Made by a program: the position numbers and the translations under genes. A DNA stretch of 63,998 nucleotides, filler included, from a bacterium (GTDB lineage: Bacteria; JBBIVP01), in assembly GCA_037439705.1 (NCBI GenBank). It is 10 parts of 10 records of this genome, joined end to end, with 100 filler letters (N's around TTAATTAATTAA, not from the genome) between each part and the next. Parts side by side here need not be neighbours in the genome. Positions count along the whole stretch, not along the records: positions 47,293 to 53,728 come from JBBIVP010000124.1; positions 53,829 to 60,192 come from JBBIVP010000125.1; positions 60,293 to 63,998 come from JBBIVP010000187.1; 7 more parts are not named here. The stretch is one strand, 5' to 3'. The notes beneath the pieces were generated by a model. That model did not search any database. It had not been told where the DNA came from and saw only the letters and a list, made by a program, of their open reading frames with translations. Shown here one piece after another: positions 52,425 through 62,777 of this stretch. How positions within the stretch are numbered: the first letter of the stretch is position 1; every line of letters starts with the position of its first letter.

Positions 52425-53599
52425 ATCACCCCATCCCCTTTAAGTTTTTTTATTTCTTCATCATTCATGCCGAGAAGAGCTTTCAGAATTTCTTCCGTAT
52501 GCTCACCGTGAAGAGGTGGAAACGAAAATTTTTCCGAGTTCACCCCATCCATTCTTATTGGATTGCCCAGAACATTTAAACCTCCTATTTCCTGAACCAT
52601 ATTTCTTGCCTTTATCTGTTCATCATTAAGAGCCTGAGCAATATTATAAACAGGAGCGCACGGAATTTCAGCAGTTTCAAGAATTGAAAGCCATTCCTCT
52701 GTTGTCCTTTCCTCAAATTTTTTTTCAAGTATGGAAAGGAGTTCAGATTTGTTTTTTAGTCTATTCTCGTTGGTTGAGAATTTTTCGTCGTCTATGAGCT
52801 CAGGAAGACCTATTGCGTTTGCAAACCTTTCCCAGAACTTCTCCGTAAGGATGGCAACCACGATGTAAGAATCCTTTGTTTTAAAAGCCTGATAGGGAAC
52901 TATCGTCTGATGGGACGAACCAACTCTCCCGGGAATTTTTCCATCTACAAAATAGTATTCTGCCACATATGTCAAAAGGGAGATATTAGAGTCAAGAAGC
53001 GAAAGGTCTATCTTTGTCCCTCTTCCAGTTTTTTCCCTTAAATAAAGTGCAGATGAGATTGCTATCGCTCCGAAAAGTCCTCCCGCAATGTCGCCCAGTG
53101 GAATTCCCATCCTAACAGGAGGAAATCCCTCATATCCAGTTATGCTCATTGCTCCAGAAATAGCCTGGATGCTCAGATCAAATGCAGGCTGATGAGCCCT
53201 CGGACCATCAACTCCGAAGGCAGAGATTGAACACGAGATTATTTTTGGATTTATTTTTGAGAGGGTTTCATAATCTATTCCTAATTTTTTTGGCACATCT
53301 GGTCTGAAATTGTCAAGCACTACATCAGATTTTTTCACAAGTTCATAAAATATCATCCTTCCTTTTTCATTTTTTAGATTGAGAGTCATTCCTTTTTTAT
53401 TTCTGTTTATGCTTATGAAATAGGCGCTCATCCCTTTCCATCTTGGTCCCATATTTCTCGTTGGGTCCGGTTCATCAGGTGGCTCTATTTTTATTACCTC
53501 TGCCCCAAGGTCAGAGAGTATAAGACTGCAATATGGACCCGCCAGAACCCTTGTAAGGTCAAGAACCCTTATTCCCTCAAAAACCTTTATTCTCATCAA
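52421..53599 (-). CDS. Family III (CaiB/BaiF) CoA transferase
   Basis: LDLTRVLAGP, DLGAEVIKIE, NRNK, NFRP, FG..GP, GD..GG. Confidence 0.92.
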   Translation of the reverse strand: MMRIKVFEGIRVLDLTRVLAGPYCSLILSDLGAEVIKIEPPDEPDPTRNMGPRWKGMSAYFISINRNKKGMTLNLKNEKGRMIFYELVKKSDVVLDNFRPDVPKKLGIDYETLSKINPKIISCSISAFGVDGPRAHQPAFDLSIQAISGAMSITGYEGFPPVRMGIPLGDIAGGLFGAIAISSALYLREKTGRGTKIDLSLLDSNISLLTYVAEYYFVDGKIPGRVGSSHQTIVPYQAFKTKDSYIVVAILTEKFWERFANAIGLPELIDDEKFSTNENRLKNKSELLSILEKKFEERTTEEWLSILETAEIPCAPVYNIAQALNDEQIKARNMVQEIGGLNVLGNPIRMDGVNSEKFSFPPLHGEHTEEILKALLGMNDEEIKKLKGDGVI

Positions 53600-54083
53600 A
53601 CTATTTTCTCTCTTTAAAAATAAAAATCAATTATTCGGCGTTCCTCAAAAATAATCTCTATGAAAAGGGATTGTTTCCTCAAAATAATTGAAATAAGGGC
53701 AACCATCCCTTACTCTAAAGAGAAAAAANNNNNNNNNNNNNNNNNNNNNNNNNNNNNNNNNNNNNNNNNNNNTTAATTAATTAANNNNNNNNNNNNNNNN
53801 NNNNNNNNNNNNNNNNNNNNNNNNNNNNCATGATTACTTTCTTGCTCATCTTTCTCCAGAACCTCCTTTTTTAAAATTATATCTCATAACACCTTATATT
53901 TTCAAGTTTTTGTACAAGTTATATATGCGATATTTTACAATTTGAATGAAATAATTTAGAAGACCTTTATAAACCAAAGGATTCATCGCTCCCTCATCTC
54001 GCATATGTATCTTAACTTTTTCAAAAACCTCTGAAAACTCTGTGGAACTTTGAATAGAAGGGCGGAAAGATTAACTTTCGCCA

Positions 54084-54833
54084 TTATCTCCCCTCAAACC
54101 TTTTTATGAGTTCCTCTATGCTTTCTTCATTTTCTGGTTCCTGCTTCTCAGCGGGTGGAATTTCAAAAACTGAAGGGTCAAGTTTTTCAAACGGATTCCA
54201 TATTTTAAAAATCATGCTTCCTTCACCCTCCGGATCCGAAAATTCAAATCTGTCGGGCATAAACTTTTCTCCATCTTTTACGATAAAGCCTGTAAACTTT
54301 ATGTCATAAACCTTTTCCTCTTTTATGTATATAAACCTAACCGGAAGAAAACTATTTTTGTTCACCCAGAACTGATTTGCTAAAAGAAAACCATCTTTCG
54401 CACCGAGGGAAAAGGAAATTATTCCAAGTTTTTTTTCTCTTGTAAATGAAACGACAGATGTATCCACGCCGAATTTTTCAAGAGAATAATCTGTGGAAAA
54501 AAAGAGAAGGTTCAAAATTTCAGGCAAAAATGCAAAAGAGGTGGTAAGTGGAATCTCTCTGTTACCAACAATTCTCGCAGTTCTTCTTACATTTTTTATT
54601 ATCACCTCTTTTCCACCGGGAAAGGTGGCTTCAACTTTAAAATTTTTTCCGTCAAGAAGGATTTTTATATCAAATTTAACGCTCTCTTCCCCAAACTTCC
54701 TTTCCCCTTCTCCACTTATGAGCACAGGAGATTTGAAGTGAATAATTTTTTCAGAGCATTTTTTTAAAATTGACTGGGAAGGAAGAATGTAAAGGGGATA
54801 AAAAAGAAAAGAAAGGAGGATAAATTTCATCAA
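54084..54833 (-). CDS. Exported hypothetical protein, possible LolA-like fold
   Basis: Signal peptide; FWVNKNSFLPVR and LDPSVF motifs; coupled to pilT. Confidence 0.55.
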   Translation of the reverse strand: MMKFILLSFLFYPLYILPSQSILKKCSEKIIHFKSPVLISGEGERKFGEESVKFDIKILLDGKNFKVEATFPGGKEVIIKNVRRTARIVGNREIPLTTSFAFLPEILNLLFFSTDYSLEKFGVDTSVVSFTREKKLGIISFSLGAKDGFLLANQFWVNKNSFLPVRFIYIKEEKVYDIKFTGFIVKDGEKFMPDRFEFSDPEGEGSMIFKIWNPFEKLDPSVFEIPPAEKQEPENEESIEELIKRFEGR

Positions 54834-55967
54834 ATTTTTTCTTCTTTATCCTCTTCCACCCCTACCTCAAAGTCCTCCCATTTCAGATCGGTAGAAGATG
54901 CAACGCCTTTTATTCTCAAAGCGAGGTCATCGGGATTTGTAGCCTGTCTCATAGCTTCCTCATATGTGATGAGACCTTTTGTATAAATAGAAAGCAAAGA
55001 CTGATCAAAGGTCTGCATTCCGTATGTTGTATAACCCTTCGCTATTATATCCCTTATTTCTTTTGTTCTATCCTTATCCAGAATACATTCCCTGATCAAA
55101 GCGGTATTTATCATTACTTCAACAGCAGGAACCCTTCCTTTTTTATCAGCCCTTGGGACAAGTCTCTGCGATATAACCCCTTTCAACACAGAAGCCAATT
55201 GAATCCTTATCTGTCTGTGCTGATGGGGTGGAAAGACAGAAATTATTCGGTTAACTGTCTCAGTGGCATCAAGGGTGTGAAGGGTTGAAAGGACAAGATG
55301 TCCTGTTTCCGCAGCAAGGAGTGCTGTTTCAATTGTATCCTTATCCCTCATTTCTCCCACCATTATCACATCAGGGTCTTCTCTCAGTGCAGCCCTCAAA
55401 GCCTGAACGAATGAAACTGTGTCCGTTCCTATTTCCCTCTGGTTTATTATGCTGTTCTTATCCCTCAGAAGATATTCAATTGGGTCTTCAATGGTGATTA
55501 TATGTTTTTTAACCCTGCTGTTTATGAAATCTATCATTGCAGCAAGGGTTGTTGATTTTCCTGACCCTGTTGTTCCTGTAACGATAATAAGCCCTCTTTC
55601 CTCCATTGCGAGTTTTTCAACTATTTTCGGAAGGTTTAATTCTGGGATAGATGGAACCCCCATTGGAATTGCCCTGAAAACAGCACACAAAGTTCCTCTT
55701 TGTTGAAATATGTTTACCCTGAACCTTCCAAGTCCCGCAACGCCGTATGCCATATCAAGGTCTTTTTCCTTCTTGAACTTTTCTTTCTGCATGGGACTCA
55801 TTATTGCGAAAAGCATCTTCTCTATTCCTTCAGGGGATATTTTCCCTATATCCGCTTGAGGGACAAGTTCACCATGAATACGGAATACAGGTGGAAGTCC
55901 TGCTTTTAAATGAATATCCGAAGCCTTCTTCTGAAGCGCTAATCTCAGTATATCATTTAGTTCCATT
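54830..55967 (-). CDS. pilT: Type IV pilus retraction ATPase PilT/PilU family
   Basis: [55 protein letters not shown]. Confidence 0.92.
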
Positions 55968-56978
55968 GACTTTTTTCAATCCTAATTTCTCAATTATAGC
56001 ATTTTCTATTTCTTTCCTCAATTTTTCGTTTTCCTTGAGAAGTTTTCTGAGATTGTCCCTGCCCTGTGCCAGTCTCTCACCTTTGTATGAAAACCATGCA
56101 CCACTTTTTTCAATTATTTCATTCTCAACTCCAAGATCTATAATTTCTCCTTCCTTTGATATCCCTTCCCCATAAAGAATGTCAAACTCTGCTTCCCTGA
56201 ATGGAGGAGCAAGCTTGTTCTTCACAACCTTTACCCTGACCCTTGAACCTGCAATCATATCCCCTTCTTTAATGGGATTGGTTTTTCGTATATCAATTCT
56301 TATACTGGCATAGTATTTTAAAGCATTACCACCCGTTGTTATTTCTGGATTACCAAAAAATGTTCCTATTCTCTGTCTCATCTGATTTATGAATATCACT
56401 ATTGCACTGGATTTGTGAATTGCTCCTGTGAGCTTTCTCAAAGCCTGAGACATAAGCCTTGCCTGAGCCCCCATTGTTGCTTCGCCCATTTCACCTTCAA
56501 GTTCAGTTTTTGGAACAAGAGCTGCTACTGAATCTATTACCACTATGTCAGTAGCACCGCTTCTCACCAGAATTTCTGCTATGTCAAGAGCCTGTTCTCC
56601 ATAATCTGGCTGGGAGATGAGTAACCTTTTCGTATCCACTCCCAGTTTTTCTGCGTAATGTACATCAAGGGCATGTTCAGCATCTATAAAAGCAGCCTCT
56701 CCATCTGCTTTCTGAACCTCTGCTATGGCGTGAAGGGCAAGTGTTGTCTTACCTGATGCCTCAGGACCATAAATTTCAATAACCCTCCCTCTTGGATAAC
56801 CACCTATTCCGAGAGCGAGGTCCACCGATATAGAACCAGAAGAAATCACAGGTATTTCTTTTACTTTACCATCTTCCCCAAGCCTCATTATGGAACCCTT
56901 ACCGTACTGCTTTTCAATCACACTCAAAGCGCTTTCAAGAGCCTTGAGTTTTTCGTCCTTCTTTTCTTTTGTTGTCAT
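55953..56978 (-). CDS. recA: Recombinase RecA
   Basis: [39 protein letters not shown]. Confidence 0.98.
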   Translation of the reverse strand: MTTKEKKDEKLKALESALSVIEKQYGKGSIMRLGEDGKVKEIPVISSGSISVDLALGIGGYPRGRVIEIYGPEASGKTTLALHAIAEVQKADGEAAFIDAEHALDVHYAEKLGVDTKRLLISQPDYGEQALDIAEILVRSGATDIVVIDSVAALVPKTELEGEMGEATMGAQARLMSQALRKLTGAIHKSSAIVIFINQMRQRIGTFFGNPEITTGGNALKYYASIRIDIRKTNPIKEGDMIAGSRVRVKVVKNKLAPPFREAEFDILYGEGISKEGEIIDLGVENEIIEKSGAWFSYKGERLAQGRDNLRKLLKENEKLRKEIENAIIEKLGLKKVNGTK

Positions 56979-57553
56979 TTTTCTCCTCCTAAAAGTGGAA
57001 TCTCGTAGAGTTTCTCATATTCCGCACCATCTGGTTTAAGGACGCTTTTATATATTACAATAGATTTCACTTCTATCCCTTCCCAGAGGGTTTTTCCTTT
57101 GAATTCCTTCAGAAACTCCTTCAATTTCGGAGGACATGTATCCGCCTTTATTCTCGCTATTGTTATGTGAGGATGATAATTTCTTTCTTCCTTATTTATT
57201 CCAACTTTTCTCGCTTCCTCATCAACCTTGAGATGCAGTTGTCTAAGATGTTTTTCGTCTTTCACACCAAGCCATAAAACTCTCGGTTTAGAGAGGTTGG
57301 GAAATACTCCTGCATCTTCTATTTTCATTTTGAAAGATTTCACATTCTCCATCCCTGGCTCAAGAGCACAGGCAAGTCCATCAACAACATCGCTCCCTAT
57401 CTCTCCAAGAAACTTTATAGTTAAATGCGCCCCTTCTGGCTTTATCCAGGATACTCCCTCCATATCTGAATACCGATTTTTTATTTCTGCTATTCCCTTT
57501 TTTACTATTTCTGGAAGCTCAATTCCTACAAATGTCCTTATTATCTCAATCAT
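56975..57553 (-). CDS. thpR: RNA 2',3'-cyclic phosphodiesterase (2H family)
   Basis: HLT and HIT motifs, PRVLW; adjacent to recA. Confidence 0.92.
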   Translation of the reverse strand: MIEIIRTFVGIELPEIVKKGIAEIKNRYSDMEGVSWIKPEGAHLTIKFLGEIGSDVVDGLACALEPGMENVKSFKMKIEDAGVFPNLSKPRVLWLGVKDEKHLRQLHLKVDEEARKVGINKEERNYHPHITIARIKADTCPPKLKEFLKEFKGKTLWEGIEVKSIVIYKSVLKPDGAEYEKLYEIPLLGGEK

Positions 57554-57969
57554 TTTGGCTTCACCCCCGTTTTTTTGTACCTGAAATAATCTTCAAGAAT
57601 TTTTCTGTGATCAAAAGCTATATCCTCGGGCAAAGAATTCTCATCAAAAATGCCAGCTTCTTTTGCATCATCTCCTCCAACAGGTTTTCCCTTTGCTTTT
57701 GCTATAAACACAGTTGAAATCGTGTGAAATCTTGGGTCTCTATCAGGAGCCGAATATACATGGAACTGCTCTATTATCTCTACATCTAAAGAAGTCTCTT
57801 CTTTTGCTTCTCTTATAGCACATTCCTCCACAGTTTCTCCATATTCAACAAATCCACCTGGAATAGCCCATCCATATGGTTTGTTCTTTCTTTTTATAAG
57901 CACAATTCCCCCGTCCACCTCAATAATTATATCCACTGTAGGAAACGGATTTCTTCTTGTTTTTTCCAT
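57550..57969 (-). CDS. NUDIX hydrolase
   Basis: [23 protein letters not shown] Nudix box, RDPR, GDDA, AFDH. Confidence 0.93.
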   Translation of the reverse strand: MEKTRRNPFPTVDIIIEVDGGIVLIKRKNKPYGWAIPGGFVEYGETVEECAIREAKEETSLDVEIIEQFHVYSAPDRDPRFHTISTVFIAKAKGKPVGGDDAKEAGIFDENSLPEDIAFDHRKILEDYFRYKKTGVKPK

Positions 57970-58083
57970 CGGCTTAAATCCCTTTTTATAAATTTATAGC
58001 ATTTCGAATTAAAGTCAAGTTTATTCAAAAAATGCTTCCTCATTCTATTTTTAATCGGTTTTTTAAGAAAATAACGAAAAATA

Positions 58084-58112
58084 TTGAAAAATGATTTTTG
58101 GGGATTTATACT
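58084..58112 (+). promoter_or_regulatory. Sigma70 promoter of comM, probably leaderless
   Basis: TTGAAA-17-TATACT, ATG 58120 seven nt downstream, no SD. Confidence 0.65.
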
Positions 58113-58119
58113 TATTTTT

Positions 58120-59634
58120 ATGATTGCACGGATTTTGAGCGGAGGACTATGGGGAATAGAGTGGTTCAGGGTAGATGTGGAAGTAGACATAGGAAGGGGA
58201 CTTCCCTCCTTCACCATTGTAGGACTTCCCGAAAGTTCTGTCAAAGAAGCAAGGGAAAGGGTGAAGAGTGCATTCAGCAATTCCGGTTACGAGTTTCCAA
58301 TGAGAAAAATTACTGTTAATCTTGCACCGGCTGACATAAAAAAAGAAGGAGCATTTTATGACCTTCCAATAGCAATAGGAATAATGATTGGACTTGGTCT
58401 TATTTCTCAGGAGGTTGCCAAAGAGTTCTTTATTGCAGGAGAGCTTTCACTTGATGGAAAAATAAAGGGTATAAGGGGAGCCCTTTCCTTTGCTCTCGGT
58501 TTAAAAAAATCTGAAATAAAGAAGGCAATTTTTCCAGTTTCCTCAAGTTATGAGGCAAGCATAATTGATGGAATTGAAGTGTATGGTTTTTCCGCCCTTC
58601 ACGAGTGCGTTGAATTTTTGCGCGGAGAAAGAATTTGTGAACCAGTAAAACCCAATGAAATTTCTGAAGGAGAAAAGGAACCTGAAGTTGACATGTCAGA
58701 AATAAAAGGTCAAGTTCAGGCAAAGAGAGCAATTGAAATATGTGCCTCCGGAAACCACAATCTTTTGATGATTGGTCCACCCGGAGTCGGGAAGAGCATG
58801 CTCGCCCAGAGGATTCCAACGCTTCTTCCTGAACCAACCTTTGAAGAAATAATAGAAACAACCCAGATATACAGCATAAGGGGATTATTAAAGGGTGGGC
58901 TTTTGAAGAAAAGACCCTTCAGAGCGCCTCATCATACTATTTCAGATATAGGAATAATAGGAGGAGGAAATCCGCCCATGCCCGGTGAAATCTCGCTTGC
59001 CCACAATGGGGTTTTATTTCTTGATGAACTTCCAGAATTTGACAGAAATGTCATTGAGGCACTAAGACAACCAATTGAAACAGGAGAGGTAATTATAACA
59101 AGGGCTTCAAGGGCAGTTAGGTATCCTTCTAAATTTATGCTTGTAGGAGCAATGAATCCATGTCCCTGCGGATATCTTGGGGATAAAAAAAGGGAGTGCA
59201 GGTGCTCTCACAAAGATATAAGAAAATATAGAAAAAAGGTTTCAGGACCAATCCTTGACAGGTTTGACCTTCAGGTTCATCTTCCCCCTCTTTCTTACGA
59301 AGAGCTCTCTTCAACCTCTCCATCAGAAACCTCTTCGGAGATAAGAAAAAGGGTTGAGATGGCAAGAAAAAGGCAGGTTGAAAGGTTTGGATGCGTTAAG
59401 TGGAATTCAGAAATGAAACCGAAAGATATTAAGAAGTTCTGTCCTCTTGATGATAAATCCAAAACACTTCTTAAATCAGCAGTAGAAAAACTGGGGCTCA
59501 CTGCGAGGGGATATTTTAAAACCATTAAAGTTGCAAGGACAATTGCAGACCTTGATAATTCGGAAGAGATAAAAAGCGCACACATAGCAGAGGCAATCCA
59601 GTTTAGAATATCTCCCTATTCTGAAAATGGTTAA
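58120..59634 (+). CDS. comM: ComM/YifB Mg-chelatase-like AAA ATPase (start likely 58120)
   Basis: IVGLP, VNLAPAD, GELSLDG, GPPGVGKS, RPFRAPHH, LFLDE, NPCPCG. Confidence 0.93.
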   Translation: MIARILSGGLWGIEWFRVDVEVDIGRGLPSFTIVGLPESSVKEARERVKSAFSNSGYEFPMRKITVNLAPADIKKEGAFYDLPIAIGIMIGLGLISQEVAKEFFIAGELSLDGKIKGIRGALSFALGLKKSEIKKAIFPVSSSYEASIIDGIEVYGFSALHECVEFLRGERICEPVKPNEISEGEKEPEVDMSEIKGQVQAKRAIEICASGNHNLLMIGPPGVGKSMLAQRIPTLLPEPTFEEIIETTQIYSIRGLLKGGLLKKRPFRAPHHTISDIGIIGGGNPPMPGEISLAHNGVLFLDELPEFDRNVIEALRQPIETGEVIITRASRAVRYPSKFMLVGAMNPCPCGYLGDKKRECRCSHKDIRKYRKKVSGPILDRFDLQVHLPPLSYEELSSTSPSETSSEIRKRVEMARKRQVERFGCVKWNSEMKPKDIKKFCPLDDKSKTLLKSAVEKLGLTARGYFKTIKVARTIADLDNSEEIKSAHIAEAIQFRISPYSENG

Positions 59635-59829
59635 AAATCCTTTCAACCTTATTCCTTCACAAAATTCTCTGAGAATAAAAAGGGGTATTAAAAACCGAGC
59701 AAAAGGGATATAACCTCAGTAAAAGGAGACACATAGTTTCTATAAAAGAGGAAATCTGTGAATTGTAACATAAAATATTTAAACAGTTTTTCTTGAACAT
59801 TCTTTTAAAATACTTAAAATTACAATCAA

Positions 59830-60192
59830 ATGAACCTGAAAAAATTAAAGGAAATTGAAAAAAGGGGGTATGAAGGAATTTCCAAGGAAGATGCCCTCTT
59901 TGTTCTGAATTCTAAAGAAGAAGAATTTGCAGAGCTTAAAAGGATTGCTTGTGAAATCACAAAAAGCATATTTTCAAACAGGGTTTATCTATGTTCCATA
60001 TTTAGTACAAAAACTGGGATATGCAGTGAAGATTGTGCTTTCTGCTCACAGTCCAGGATAAGCAAAGCAGAAATCAAAAAGCATACTCTTCTGGATGTGG
60101 AGGATATAGTTTACGCTGCAAGAAGAGCAAAGGAAAATGGCTCAAGAAAGTTCTGTATAGTTATGAGTGGAAAGGGACCTACTGATTCGGAA
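59830..60192 (+). CDS. bioB: Biotin synthase, N-terminal part (3' truncated)
   Basis: KTG.CSEDCAFCSQS radical SAM motif, FCIV.SG. Confidence 0.88.
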
Positions 60193-60292
60193 NNNNNNNN
60201 NNNNNNNNNNNNNNNNNNNNNNNNNNNNNNNNNNNNTTAATTAATTAANNNNNNNNNNNNNNNNNNNNNNNNNNNNNNNNNNNNNNNNNNNN

Positions 60293-61228
60293 CCTTTTTG
60301 CGCCCATGCTCATAAGTATTGCAATGTCCCTTGACTTTTCCAGGGATGTCATCAGTTGATTTACTGCTATTCCGAAGGCAGCAACAAGAATTATGAGGGT
60401 CAGCATGAGAAAAAAGACAATCCTTTCAAGTTTTAAGGCGGAGAAAAGATTTCTGTTTAAATCTTTCCATGTCCTAACATAATAAGGAAAGCCCAACCTT
60501 TTTTCTATTTCCCAGGCAATCCTCTCCACCTTCATTGGATTTTTAACAGAAACCTGTATTCCCGAAATTCCATCTTTCTGACCCAGAAATTCCCTCATGC
60601 AGTTTATATGCGTGAAAACAAATCCTGAATCGTAATCGTACATCCCTATCCTGAAGATTCCAGCTATCTTGGCTTTTTTTGTTCTCGGTATCATTCCGAA
60701 TGGAGTAAGTTTTCCAGCAGGGGAAATCAGGTAAATTTCATCGCCAACATCAACTGCAAGGGAATCGGATAGTTCTTTTCCAATCAGAACCTCGCATACA
60801 TCGGTTACTGAAGAAAGAAAATTTCCTTTGAAAAGATAATTTTCAACCTTGAGAACTCTCCTTGCATTTTCAGGATAAACTCCATAAAGCACTGCACCTG
60901 AGGAATTGTTTTCAGAGGATACCATTGCCTGCGACACAATGAACGGATTTATGCCCGTTACTCCATTTATTTCCTTCAGGGTTTCAACTGCTTCTCCATA
61001 GTCATAAAAATCTCCTCCTCTGAACAGAATGAGATGGGCGTTGGCGCCGAGGATTTTCTCGCTCAAATCCTTTTCAAATCCTCTCATTACCGATAGAACA
61101 ATTATAAGGGTCATTACCCCTATTACCACTCCTCCAACAGAGAGGAAGGCTATTATCCTCATAAGTCCATATTTTTTCCTACCGAAAAGATATCTCAGAC
61201 TTATTGAAATTTCGTATTTTTCTTTCAT
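60293..61228 (-). CDS. lolE: Lipoprotein-releasing ABC permease LolC/E (3' truncated)
   Basis: SLRYL, VLSVM.GF, G.YDYD, W..LN.NLFSAL.LE, EK..DIAIL.SMGA; follows lysS. Confidence 0.88.
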
Positions 61229-62706
61229 TCCGGTTTAAGAAGGGGAAATAAAAGAACTTCCCTCACCGAATCAACTCCACATAATACCATCGTTAACCTG
61301 TCTATTCCTATTCCCTCTCCTGCACAGGGAGGCATTCCGAATTCAAGTGCTCTTAAGAAGTCTTCATCAAGCGGATGGGCGGATTCATCTCCTCTTTCCT
61401 TTTCCTTTAACTGTTCTAAAAATCTCTGTCTCTGGTCCCTCGGGTTATTCAATTCTGTAAATGCATTTGCTATTTCAATTCCTCCTATGAAGAATTCAAA
61501 CCTTTCAACAATATCTGGAGAATCCTCTTTTCTTTTGGCTAATGGTGAAACTTCAACAGGATAATCAAGAACGAAGGTCGGAGCAATGAGTGTGTCCTCA
61601 ACCAGTTTTTCAAACAGTAAAAACTGAAGCCCTCCTGTTCCTTCAAATCCTCTTGTCGCTATGCCATATTCAGCACATTTTCTGAACAGAAATTCTCTGT
61701 CTTTCAAAAGGTTCTCATCAACTCCCAGTCTTTCTGATAAAAGTTCAAGAAATTTCCTTCTCTGGAAGGGTGGTTCAAGAGATATTTCATGATTTCTGAA
61801 TTTCGTTTTTCCTTCCCCGTTAACCTCTCTTGCAAGAGAGGAAATCAGTTCTTCTGTGAGAGAAATGAGGTCCTCATAATCTGCATAAGCCATATAAAAC
61901 TCAAGCATGGTAAACTCAGGATTGTGAACCGTTGAAATTCCTTCATTCCTGATACACCTTTAGAATTCTTAGACCCTTTCAAATCCACCCACAATAAGCC
62001 TTTTGAGATACAGTTCAGGATCAATTCTTAGATAGAGGGTCATATTTAAAGCATTGTGATAGGTCACAAAGGGTTTTGCCCTTGCTCCACCAGGTATTGG
62101 ATGCATGATGGGCGTTTCCACCTCTATAAAATCCCTTGCTTTCAAAAAATCCTTTATGAATGAAATTATTCTATTTCTTTTAATGAATATATCCACCGCT
62201 TCTCTGTTCATTATGAGGTCAAGATACCTCTGCCTGTACCGAAGTTCCGTGTCTCTCAGACCGTGCCATTTTTCAGGAAGGGGTCTTAGGGATTTTGAGA
62301 GTAATCTAAAATTCATAACCCTTAGTGTTAATTCCCCAGTTTTTGTTTTGAAAAAATTACCATTAACTTCAATTATATCTCCGATATCTATGTTTTTTGA
62401 AAACAGAGAATATTTTTCAGGACCCACATCGGGAAGTTGGATAAAACACTGAATTTTTCCACTGAAATCCATTATGTGGAAAAAACATGCCTTGCCGAAC
62501 GACCTTCTTGAAATAATTCTTCCTGTAAGGAAAAACTCCTCTTTAAGATTTTCAAGTTCTTCATTTGATAATTGAGAATACCTTTCTATAACTTCTATTA
62601 TCTTATGAGTCCTTTTTGCCTTTGAAGGGTATGGGTTTTCCCCTTTTTCTTCTATTTCTTTTAGTTTTTTAAGTCTCTCCTCTTTTATTTTTTCTTCTAC
62701 TGACAT
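61225..62706 (-). CDS. lysS: Class II lysyl-tRNA synthetase (in-frame TAA at 61969-61971 and 61960-61962)
   Basis: RYRQRYLDL, EVETP, RNEG...HNPEFTMLE, ERFE, ELNNP, GIGIDRL; both track ORFs in one frame. Confidence 0.95.
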
Positions 62707-62777
62707 AATGTAAAAATAATACTTTAAATAGTGATTATTTCAAATTAAACAGGAGAAGTAGATTTTTTAAAAGAAAA

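Noticed and set aside
53640-53690. Short direct repeat ttcctcaaaa(a)taat, two copies
   Set aside because: Only two ~15-bp AT-rich copies; no CRISPR-like array or cas genes
59761-59790. BirA operator upstream of bioB (aattgtaac...ttaaacagtt)
   Set aside because: Half-sites are imperfect and the spacer is shorter than the known consensus
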